Below, piece by piece: positions 29,048-37,265 of a stretch of 57,153 nt of DNA. The notes beneath the pieces are model-generated. The model made no database searches. It was not told the origin of the DNA and saw nothing but the letters and a program-made list of their open reading frames with translations. The position numbers and the translations under genes were made by a program. Location: the NCBI GenBank assembly GCA_048061315.1, contig JBGMRJ010000005.1, positions 1 to 57,153 on the forward strand, written 5' to 3'. This DNA is from Gammaproteobacteria bacterium. Its GTDB lineage: Bacteria > Pseudomonadota > Gammaproteobacteria > UBA6429 > Thiohalophilaceae. The stretch's first letter is position 1, and every line of letters starts with the position of its first letter.

Positions 29048-32000
29048 TTAGCGATCAGGTCCTAACTCAACACTGTCTTTCCATTTTTCCAGCATTGTCT
29101 TAAATTCTGAAGCTGCATTCTCTTTAACATTTAACTCAGCGCGGGATTGGGCTGCGGCAATTCGAGAAAGACGGCGTGTTTCTGTTTCTTCCACTACTAC
29201 TTCCTGATTTGGTTCTAGCCATGCAAGAACCTTGTCAAAATTAAAATACGTTTCGTTGGTAGCTGAAAATATGCCAATTATCGTAATTACAACGGTTGTA
29301 GTTGCAATTAATGTTAGCGTTTTATTTCGGGGCAGTTTTCGAGTAGCTACACGAGGTTGAGCTTGAAATGATTGAGAACTGGTAACATTATTAGTCTGTA
29401 GAAAACGATTTGAGGACAGTGCAACACTATCTGTGGGGTTAAAATTAGCCTGCTCATTAATTTGAGTATTACGAGCCTGTGTCAGAGGCGCAGGTGAAAC
29501 TACACTTGTTTCTTCTGTAAAAATTTGATCATTTGCATTATTAGCTTCTTCAAAATCAAATAAATCTTCGTCTATATCGATATCAATCGAGTTAGAAATT
29601 TCTAAATCAGGAACTCTATCCATTGTTTCAAGTACAGGAATGTCATCGAATTCATCTTCCTGTTCTTCAAAAACTATCTCTTCTGGATCCGGACGTTGAA
29701 ATATAAAAATATCATTTTCACCTTCCAGAATTATGCGACCATCTTTTTCGACAACTGTAGATTTTGCTAATGAGATATCGCTATTGAGATCCGATTGTAA
29801 TTCAACATCGAACTCTGGTTTTGCTTTTTTCTGTAATTTAGCCGCTATTGCAGTAGCTTTTTGTTTCGCTAATTCCTGATTTCTCTTGGCTTCAAGATTG
29901 GCCTGTTCTTGAGCTCTTAATTGAGCAAGTTGCCTCTCCTGTTCTTCTGCATGTTCCTGTTCTATTTGTTGTGTACGAAGTACAGCACGTTTCGCAGCTT
30001 CGTCTGCATTGCGCTTAGCTAATTGTTCGGTTTCTAAACGGGTTCGTTCAAAGGCTTCTGCTTCTGCTTTTGCCATTCGTGCTAATTCTGTTTCACGCGC
30101 GAGTTGTTTTGCTTCCTGGATTTCCAGTTCAATTTGCTTACGGGCATCAGCAACATCATTTTTGGCTTTTTGTGTGATCTTTTCTTGCTCTGAAAGTCTT
30201 TTTTCTTCTTCAGCCTGTTGACGGATTAGCCGAGCCTGTTCTGCTTCAGCCTGAGCTATTTTAGCCTGCTCTTGCAGTATTCTACGGGAAGCTTCAACTT
30301 CATTTTTTAGTTTATTGGCTTCAGATTTTGCTTCTTCACGAATTGATTCTGCTTCAGCTCTAAAATGTGCAGCCTCCATCTCAGCGCTCAAGCGGGCTTC
30401 TTCTGCTTCGATAGATAATTTATCGGCTAGTTCCTTGGTTTTTTTCTCTTGTTCTTCAAGCTTTCTGTTTTGAGTATCTTTTTCTTTTAGTTCGGACCGT
30501 AATTGAATAACGGCATTCTCCGCATCTTTTTGAGCTTTTGATGCAACATCGGTATTTTTTTGAAGTTGTAGTTCGGTTTCCTGTTTGTGTTTTTTGATAG
30601 CATTTTCGAGCTCAGTTTTTTCTTGCTCTACTTTTGATCGAATTGTATTTATTTCGTTATTTGCTTCTTGTTTTGCTTTTTCGAGTAATTTATCTGCTCT
30701 TGAAGATTTTTCTTCAGCTTCAAGTCTTTTATGTTCTAAAATTTGTTGTTCTTTTTTGCGTTGCTGTAATTCTGCCCGCAGTTCTTCTATTTCACGTTCT
30801 GTATCACTTTTGATATTCGAAATTTGTTGTTTCGCAATTTGTACTTCCGCTTCAGCTTTTTCCTGTTGTGCCAGAATTTTCTTTTCAACTTTTACACGTT
30901 TTGAGGCTTCTTTTTGGGATTTTTTAAGTTCACTTTCAACACGTTTGCGTTCTTTTTCAATTTCATTTTTATAGCGATTTAATTCCAGCTGCGAATGTTC
31001 TCGAATTGTTAGTGCTTCTTTTTTAATTCGTTCTATTTCCTGTTGCGCTTTTTTAGTTTCATCCGCAGCTTGTGCTGCTTTTCTATGCTCTTGTTTTAAT
31101 TTTTCTTGATAATTTTTTTCGGCCTGCAGTGCTTTTTTGCTCTCCTGGTTTGCTTGTGATGCTTTTATTCGTTCTTGTTCTAATTTCGCCTGGTAATCTT
31201 TTTCTATTTGTGTAGCCTTCTTAATGGATTCTTTTCGTTCTTTTTCAAGTTTTTCAGAAAATTCTTTCTCAGCTTTAGTTTTGATTAGATCAATTTCATC
31301 GTCATTCAACGTAGGGATTTGTAAACTCTCGAGTTCAGAAGCAATATTCGTTTTGGCAATTTTCACATCTGAAATAGAATTGTTTTTATTCGTATTTATC
31401 GCAACCGGGGTTACTATTGGTGAATGACTTTCAGTTTCTGCTGTTGCTGTTGCTTGCCTTGATGAGCGTTGCGCTTTTGGGAGCTCATTTTCTTTTGGCC
31501 GTAATAATTTATCGCAACTTGTCATACCTGATTGAATGACACTGCATTGCAAACCCAGCTGACACATTAAAAATGCAGCTGCTGCACTTCGATTTCCCGA
31601 ATCGCAATAGACCACATATTTTCGCGATGGATTTAAAGATGTAGCACGATTACGTAACATCGAAAGCGGGATATTCATCGCACCTTCTATGGCATCATTT
31701 TTAAACTCATCTTTGCTACGTACGTCGATTAATCTGGCACCGGATTTAACTAACTTACTTGCGGTTTCTTCATCGATATATTCGAGTAACGGTTGCACTA
31801 AAATGGTATTAAAATCTTCTTTGGTTAAGCGCATTAATGAACCATTTTCTTTCATGGTTACTGAGGCATTTCGTTTACCATTTGTTATTAAGGCTTCTTC
31901 ACCAAATCCATCACCAATGGTCAGGATTGCTAATTTAACGTCTTTAACTTTTGGAGCAGGGCGTCGAGATACATCACACTTTCCGGATTTAATAATGTAG

Positions 32001-32554
32001 TAGTAATCATCCTGAGTACCTTGTTTAACAACAACATCACCTTTTTTATAGTCAACCTCGGTCATTTTCATTAACAGATTTTGAATATTCTCTGTCGGTA
32101 GGTTTAAAAAGGCTTTAGATTGTAAAAAACGCAACATCCAGTCACTGGCATCATCATCTGATTCGTTGACATCAAGTTCGGTTACTTCATATGATGTAAC
32201 AATACTGTCATCGGCAGTGAGTATGTCCAATAAATCTGTATCGATCGATAATAAGGTTGCTGCAGTTTTTGTTCGAGCAGTAGAGGTTCTTGGTAAAGTT
32301 TGTTCAATTGCTGAAGTAGCAGCTGACGTTTTTGCTTTGAGAACCGTTGCGCGTGATTTTCCGGGCGTCGTTAATTCTATTTGTCCGGCTAATAAAAAAT
32401 AAGTACGTTTATCATGATCACCTTGTCTGAATAAAACCCGAGTCGCAGGCAGCTCTTCGATTTTCGCTTTATTAACGATCTCGTTAATTTTATCAGCACT
32501 TAAATCCTTAAAGGGATTTAAATTTTTTAAGATTTTTTTATCTACTTTTTTCAC
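29048..32554 (-). CDS. Giant tail-anchored protein: two cNMP-binding domains, a rhodanese domain, about 500 aa of coiled coil, an acidic region and a C-terminal TM
   Basis: The second CAP_ED domain has FGEEALITNGKRNASV. The rhodanese domain has the active-site loop YCDSGNRS. A long E/K/Q/A heptad-like stretch covers roughly residues 400-930. The hydrophobic LTLIATTTVVITIIGIFSA lies about 70 aa from the C-terminus. Confidence 0.8.
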   Translation of the reverse strand: MKKVDKKILKNLNPFKDLSADKINEIVNKAKIEELPATRVLFRQGDHDKRTYFLLAGQIELTTPGKSRATVLKAKTSAATSAIEQTLPRTSTARTKTAATLLSIDTDLLDILTADDSIVTSYEVTELDVNESDDDASDWMLRFLQSKAFLNLPTENIQNLLMKMTEVDYKKGDVVVKQGTQDDYYYIIKSGKCDVSRRPAPKVKDVKLAILTIGDGFGEEALITNGKRNASVTMKENGSLMRLTKEDFNTILVQPLLEYIDEETASKLVKSGARLIDVRSKDEFKNDAIEGAMNIPLSMLRNRATSLNPSRKYVVYCDSGNRSAAAAFLMCQLGLQCSVIQSGMTSCDKLLRPKENELPKAQRSSRQATATAETESHSPIVTPVAINTNKNNSISDVKIAKTNIASELESLQIPTLNDDEIDLIKTKAEKEFSEKLEKERKESIKKATQIEKDYQAKLEQERIKASQANQESKKALQAEKNYQEKLKQEHRKAAQAADETKKAQQEIERIKKEALTIREHSQLELNRYKNEIEKERKRVESELKKSQKEASKRVKVEKKILAQQEKAEAEVQIAKQQISNIKSDTEREIEELRAELQQRKKEQQILEHKRLEAEEKSSRADKLLEKAKQEANNEINTIRSKVEQEKTELENAIKKHKQETELQLQKNTDVASKAQKDAENAVIQLRSELKEKDTQNRKLEEQEKKTKELADKLSIEAEEARLSAEMEAAHFRAEAESIREEAKSEANKLKNEVEASRRILQEQAKIAQAEAEQARLIRQQAEEEKRLSEQEKITQKAKNDVADARKQIELEIQEAKQLARETELARMAKAEAEAFERTRLETEQLAKRNADEAAKRAVLRTQQIEQEHAEEQERQLAQLRAQEQANLEAKRNQELAKQKATAIAAKLQKKAKPEFDVELQSDLNSDISLAKSTVVEKDGRIILEGENDIFIFQRPDPEEIVFEEQEDEFDDIPVLETMDRVPDLEISNSIDIDIDEDLFDFEEANNANDQIFTEETSVVSPAPLTQARNTQINEQANFNPTDSVALSSNRFLQTNNVTSSQSFQAQPRVATRKLPRNKTLTLIATTTVVITIIGIFSATNETYFNFDKVLAWLEPNQEVVVEETETRRLSRIAAAQSRAELNVKENAASEFKTMLEKWKDSVELGPDR

Positions 32555-32924
32555 AGTATCGTTGTTGAGGTTGATTAAACAGTAATTTTAAATTATTTTG
32601 TTTACATAATCATAGATTAATTAACAAACAATGATTGTGACTCCTTTCACAGCTTGGTCTATTAAACCGATTATTTGTATTATTATCAGGTAGATATGAT
32701 GAAAGTCTATCCTATCACACAGTAAAAATAATCACGAATCATTAACAGCTGATATTGGTATCGTCATGAAGTTATTTTTCTAAAAATTCAATGTATCAAT
32801 ATGTGATTTACTTCCAATTCTATTAATTTGCCCGAAGCAGGGTGGTATCAAGTGGTTACATTTAGGTATATTTTTATTTAAACTGTCGGTACAACCCAGC
32901 TCAGTGTGAGCGACTAATTTCAAT

Positions 32925-33623
32925 TTATTTATCATCATTGATTATAAATTTTAGCTCAAAAATAAATTGTTTGTTTCGCATATTTAATGTGAAGTGTTTC
33001 GCATTTTTTAATTGGCCTATTTTTGTAATGAAATTATTCGGGTCTTCTCTAATTAAACTATTATTGATTCCGGTAATAATATCACCTTCAGAGAGTCCTA
33101 ATAGCTCGGCTGGGCTATTCTCCTTAATTCGTGTAATTTGATAGCCACTAAAGTATCCGTCTTCTGTGAGCACTTTCATGCCAATATTATTAAGCCAGGT
33201 TTGAGTGTCATTATGAAGGCTGTTAAACGTTTTTCGGTTAATTCGATATTCGTAGCGTGTTATTTTTTCTGCATTGTTCAAATTAGAAATATTTCCATGG
33301 TATTTTCTATTCGTGGCAGGAACCAGACTAAGATGAGTAGATTTATTGGATTGAGTTAATGTGACAGAATCATTTGCGATAGCAGTTATTTTATAACCGA
33401 GTACAAACTGGTTTATTTGGTATATTTCCTCTGAATCATTTTTAATTCGCAATATTGCTAAAACATGTTTCCCTGTGATGGTGCCAACTAATTCAATTTG
33501 TGAGATTTCACCATCATCAGTAGGATTTGAATTGTCGGCATTCGTTATATTTATCAAGGCTAAATATAAATAAAATATAATAAGACAGTGGCACTTAGTC
33601 GAAACTTTATGCCCGCCGAACAT
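32925..33623 (-). CDS. PDZ-domain protein (GspC-like), last gene of the ExbB/ExbD/TonB-like operon
   Basis: N-terminal anchor. The C-terminal GYQITRIKENSPAELLGLSEGDIITGINN is a PDZ ligand-binding region. The start overlaps the upstream stop by 1 nt. Confidence 0.55.
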   Translation of the reverse strand: MFGGHKVSTKCHCLIIFYLYLALINITNADNSNPTDDGEISQIELVGTITGKHVLAILRIKNDSEEIYQINQFVLGYKITAIANDSVTLTQSNKSTHLSLVPATNRKYHGNISNLNNAEKITRYEYRINRKTFNSLHNDTQTWLNNIGMKVLTEDGYFSGYQITRIKENSPAELLGLSEGDIITGINNSLIREDPNNFITKIGQLKNAKHFTLNMRNKQFIFELKFIINDDK

Positions 33624-34546
33624 TATTGAGGCAACAATACCAGCGGAAAATTAAAAGTGAAATTGGATGCGCCGGGTTTTGCTCCAAAATTAAATCGTTT
33701 TACCCGCAATTTAATTCTTTTCTCGATACTCTTGTTCTTTAGCTCACTTGATACAATAGAAATTTTAATAACTTTACCTGACGCATTTAATGTGATTTTT
33801 AGTAGTATGGTACCTTGTAAGCCAGGATCCCGTCGTAAAGCCCGGTTGTATATTGAATTTATCGCACCTTTATTGCGTTGGAATATTAATTGAATTTCTT
33901 CATCGCTCCATCCTGTGGTGCGTGTCCGCTGCGAATTACTGTTCGATGTTGCGATAGAACTTTGAACATTAGTTGTTGAACGTGATTTTAATTTTGTATT
34001 GCTATTAATAACCGCTTTGCTACTTGCAATGCCACCACTACTGGAGTTGGCATTGGATTTTAATACACTTGAGGTATCAAATTTTACATTACGTTTTTTT
34101 GTAACTTTAAGTTTAGTGTTTTTCAATGCCGCCACATTGAAACCATCTCGCAAATCAGCAAGTTCATCAAATCCCGCTGAATCAAAAGCGGACTGAGCAA
34201 CTTTCTTCGCAGATGGTTTTGGTTTAGGTTTAGGTTTTTTCTTTTTTACAGCTTTCTTTTTAGGTTTTTTCTTGGGCTTTTTCTTTACGACCTTCTTTTT
34301 TTTATCAATCTTTTTTGGTTGTGGTTTTTTAATGATTGGTTTAATTGGTTGCTTTATTAATAAACGCGCAAATCTGGGTGGGATTTCATCAAACTTGTCT
34401 TTTTTTACTTCAGGTGTCGGTAATAAAGGTATAACAACAAATAGTATGACAAAAATTATAAATACTTTTTTTGCAACTTTATTAAAACGCTGATCATTGT
34501 CGGTATCCGACCAGGGCAATAAGGGCTCGGCAGTATATTGATACAT
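33623..34546 (-). CDS. TonB-like energy-transducer protein (GltG/AgmX-like)
   Basis: N-terminal TM, a Lys/Pro-rich spacer (KKPKKKPKKK...KPKPKPKP), and a C-terminal domain of about 90 aa with a TonB_C-like pattern (YNRALRRDPGLQGTILLKITLNASGKV). Confidence 0.6.
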   Translation of the reverse strand: MYQYTAEPLLPWSDTDNDQRFNKVAKKVFIIFVILFVVIPLLPTPEVKKDKFDEIPPRFARLLIKQPIKPIIKKPQPKKIDKKKKVVKKKPKKKPKKKAVKKKKPKPKPKPSAKKVAQSAFDSAGFDELADLRDGFNVAALKNTKLKVTKKRNVKFDTSSVLKSNANSSSGGIASSKAVINSNTKLKSRSTTNVQSSIATSNSNSQRTRTTGWSDEEIQLIFQRNKGAINSIYNRALRRDPGLQGTILLKITLNASGKVIKISIVSSELKNKSIEKRIKLRVKRFNFGAKPGASNFTFNFPLVLLPQ

Positions 34547-35055
34547 TAACTTTTCTCCCCTTCGACCGATTTTTGTAAAACAGCGAGAGATATGTTTGTA
34601 TAATTTGCATTAGAGCAGGTTACCATTATTTTTTTCAGTAGCTTGAATGGAATTTTTTTATCACCCAATATAGTAACTTTTAAACCTTTTTTATTTTTTG
34701 CCAGACGCATTGCTCTTGCAGCATATCGCCTTAACTGTTTCTGTAAACCAGGAATTATGGGTGATTTTTGGCGTAGGATATCTTTTACTAATGCAACAGA
34801 GCGACCTTGCAGTAAAATGTGTTTATCGTTAACAGTAATTACAATAGATTTTTTTGGCGTCTGTTGTGCTGTCGATTCTGGAAGTTGAATAGCTTTACTA
34901 TTTGTTAGTGCTTCTTCTTCACCTGAACTGACCAATAAAAAGAATACTAATATCGTGAAGATATCCATTAAGGAAACCATATTTAAACTGGCTGTACGAT
35001 CTTTACGACGCTTATGATGAGCCTGCATGCGTTTAGCACGTGCGGACATTTTCAT
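34546..35055 (-). CDS. ExbD/TolR-family biopolymer transport protein
   Basis: Basic N-terminus, a single TM (LNMVSLMDIFTILVFFLLV) and a periplasmic domain. Overlaps its neighbours by 1 nt. Confidence 0.8.
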   Translation of the reverse strand: MKMSARAKRMQAHHKRRKDRTASLNMVSLMDIFTILVFFLLVSSGEEEALTNSKAIQLPESTAQQTPKKSIVITVNDKHILLQGRSVALVKDILRQKSPIIPGLQKQLRRYAARAMRLAKNKKGLKVTILGDKKIPFKLLKKIMVTCSNANYTNISLAVLQKSVEGEKS

Positions 35056-35096
35056 AGTAATACTCTCATTTTTTCTTAATCAACTTTAAATTTTAA

Positions 35097-35597
35097 TTAT
35101 CGTTTGACCGGTGCATCACCAATCGCAATTTCAGGAAATAATTCAGCATAAACAAACTCATTATCTAATTTTGCTTTATAAGTTCTGACTGAATCCATTA
35201 CTCGAACCAGTGTTTCGTAGGATGTATTGGGTGATGACAATATTGTAGTATTCGTTTTATCTGGATATTTTGCTTTTATTTGCTTTAGGAGATCGGTTAA
35301 TGCTTTGGTATTATGTTTACCTTTGTAAAGTGGAATCGATCTTAGTAGGCCACCTTTGTTATCAACAACTGCGATATTATTTTTGTACACAACCACTTGA
35401 AATTCAAATTTCTGCTTTTGTTTGGATGCTACAGATTTTCCTGCTGCCGGTAAATTTAGTTCCAATATAGCCATTCGTGAAAATACCGCCGTGATAAGCA
35501 GAAATGGGACTAAAACCACCATTAAATTCATAAAGGCAGTAATGTTTAATTCTGCAGTATCGATATTACGTTTACGTCGTTTACGTACACGGCTCAT
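35097..35597 (-). CDS. ExbD/TolR-family biopolymer transport protein
   Basis: Basic N-terminus and a single TM (LNITAFMNLMVVLVPFLLI), with ExbD-like periplasmic domain topology. Confidence 0.8.
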   Translation of the reverse strand: MSRVRKRRKRNIDTAELNITAFMNLMVVLVPFLLITAVFSRMAILELNLPAAGKSVASKQKQKFEFQVVVYKNNIAVVDNKGGLLRSIPLYKGKHNTKALTDLLKQIKAKYPDKTNTTILSSPNTSYETLVRVMDSVRTYKAKLDNEFVYAELFPEIAIGDAPVKR

Positions 35598-35599
35598 CT

Positions 35600-36247
35600 T
35601 TATTTACCACCAAAGCTGGTTTTTTCAGAAATGGAATTAACAAATTTAACGCCGGCCATTTCAAGGCTATCGACTATTTCAGTGGTTTTAGTTTGTAATA
35701 CGGTGTAAATCAACAGTAGTGGGATTGCTACCATTAATCCAAATGCCGTAGTGTTCATTGCAACTGAAATACTCTCGGATAAGATTTGTGCTTTTTGAGA
35801 TGGGTCTGCTTCAGCAACAGCTTTAAAGGCGTTAATCAAACCAATAATGGTTCCCAATAATCCTAACAAAGTTGCTATGTTTGCGAAGGTGGCCAGATAG
35901 TGTGTGCGTTTTTCCAAACGAGGGATTATTTCCATCATGCCTTCTTCAATTGACATTTCGACATCATCACGGTGTTTTGCTGATTTTACTTTAGATAATC
36001 CATTGCTGATAACGCGACTCATTGCATTATTGGATTTTGAAGTGAGACCGTATGCTTTTTGAAAATCACCTTGTTTTAAGATAGGCAATAACTCGGCTAA
36101 GAGTTTACGGTTAGTACGGCGTGATGCAGAGAGGTATACGTATCTCTCTATTGCAATTGCTGCACCTAGTGCCAGTACAATTGCAATCGGGTACATAAAA
36201 ATACCACCATTTTTAAAAAAATCGACAATAGTTGTGTAAATGTCCAT
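35600..36247 (-). CDS. MotA/TolQ/ExbB proton-channel family protein
   Basis: Three TMs with the conserved C-terminal pair (ATLLGLLGTIIGLINAF ... MNTTAFGLMVAIPLL). Confidence 0.9.
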   Translation of the reverse strand: MDIYTTIVDFFKNGGIFMYPIAIVLALGAAIAIERYVYLSASRRTNRKLLAELLPILKQGDFQKAYGLTSKSNNAMSRVISNGLSKVKSAKHRDDVEMSIEEGMMEIIPRLEKRTHYLATFANIATLLGLLGTIIGLINAFKAVAEADPSQKAQILSESISVAMNTTAFGLMVAIPLLLIYTVLQTKTTEIVDSLEMAGVKFVNSISEKTSFGGK

Positions 36248-36304
36248 ACCTATCTCCTGGAGCGTATGTTAGTGATTATATTTTGTTTGATTATGATTAG
36301 TTAC

Positions 36305-36604
36305 TTAATTTTCATTTTTTTCAGGGTTAAGCTGTTCATGAAAATTGACTTGTCTTTGAAATTCTTTTCGTTCAATTGGTGCAAGAGCCTCATCCACGAG
36401 TCTATCGATTGGTAATGAATCCATATCGGGTAGTTGAGATTGTTTCCAGGGCACAATATACAAAACTTTCGGCAACTCTCGATTCCCAATAATGGATGTC
36501 CCTTCTATGTCTACAACTTCCTCAGCAAAGCCTGCTTGTGCAAAATAACTGCTTAATAGGCCATTCACAAAGAGTGACAATAATAGTAAATTAATATATT
36601 TCAT
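36305..36604 (-). CDS. Small secreted protein (occupies the GltF-equivalent position)
   Basis: 99 aa with signal peptide MKYINLLLLSLFVNGLLSSYFAQA. No domain recognised. Confidence 0.5.
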   Translation of the reverse strand: MKYINLLLLSLFVNGLLSSYFAQAGFAEEVVDIEGTSIIGNRELPKVLYIVPWKQSQLPDMDSLPIDRLVDEALAPIERKEFQRQVNFHEQLNPEKNEN

Positions 36605-36635
36605 GATTTAAACCTTTTGTATATTGTATAGTAAG

Positions 36636-37265
36636 TTATGATGCATTTACACGTCGTTCAATATCAATAATCCATTTACTGACATTTTTATCTTTGTTTC
36701 CTGTTATTTCCTGGTACCGCTTGTAGTGTTCCAGAGCTTTGCTTAAATTCGCCAGATATATGTCGTATAAGATACCAATATTTAAATGTGCATTGGCATA
36801 TTTTGGCTTACTGCGAATTGCAAGTTGGTAAGACTTTAAAGCATCCTTGAATTTACCGTTTTTACGCTGAATAACGCCAATATGATTATGGCTAACAGCG
36901 TTATTGGGGTTCAAATTCAAAGCCTTATCAAATGCTTTTTGTGCTTTTGAATACTGTTTGGCATGAAAATAGATTAACCCAAGGTTTACGTGTGGACCGG
37001 CAAATTGTGGATAATTTTGAGTTAATAATTTTAATGCTCTGATTGCAGAGTTGTTTTTATTAGACTGCATTAAGGAAATTGCACGAATGTAGTCACGTTT
37101 AAATTTAGGTGTAACAGGCGGCGTTTGAATTTTAACAAATGCCGGTAATGAATCTTCAGTTGGCTGAGTTCCCGAGTTTTCAGTTTGAGCTGCGCACGCT
37201 GTAAGACTGACAATAAATATTGAAAGAATTAAATTTTTAAAATTAATGTTATTAATGAACTGCAT
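36636..37265 (-). CDS. TPR-repeat lipoprotein (GltE/AglT-like)
   Basis: Lipobox SLTAC. At least four TPR units (AIRALKLL..., AQKAFDKALNLNPNNAVSHNHIGV..., ALKSYQLAIRSKPKYANAHLNIG...). Confidence 0.75.
   Translation of the reverse strand: MQFINNINFKNLILSIFIVSLTACAAQTENSGTQPTEDSLPAFVKIQTPPVTPKFKRDYIRAISLMQSNKNNSAIRALKLLTQNYPQFAGPHVNLGLIYFHAKQYSKAQKAFDKALNLNPNNAVSHNHIGVIQRKNGKFKDALKSYQLAIRSKPKYANAHLNIGILYDIYLANLSKALEHYKRYQEITGNKDKNVSKWIIDIERRVNAS

Noticed and set aside
30009-32402. Several 67-129 aa ORFs antisense to the giant coiled-coil gene (e.g. 30585-30974, 31689-32000)
   Set aside because: They are Ser/Cys/Phe-rich low-complexity translations, produced by reading the complement of GAA/AAG/GCT-rich coiled-coil codons. 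They lie fully inside a much better-supported CDS.
26346-32554. Pycsar-like anti-phage system (nucleotide cyclase plus cNMP-binding TM effector)
   Set aside because: The two genes are on opposite strands, separated by three unrelated genes. The effector candidate is an 1168-aa coiled-coil scaffold rather than a compact cNMP-TM or cNMP-TIR protein, and the cyclase carries an FHA domain typical of housekeeping signalling. I kept it only as a low-probability alternative in the findings.
33657-34493. Antisense ORFs within the TonB-like gene (e.g. MGFFFTTFFFLSIFFG...)
   Set aside because: They are the complement of the Lys/Pro-rich spacer (AAA/AAG/CCA runs), so they are compositional artefacts.
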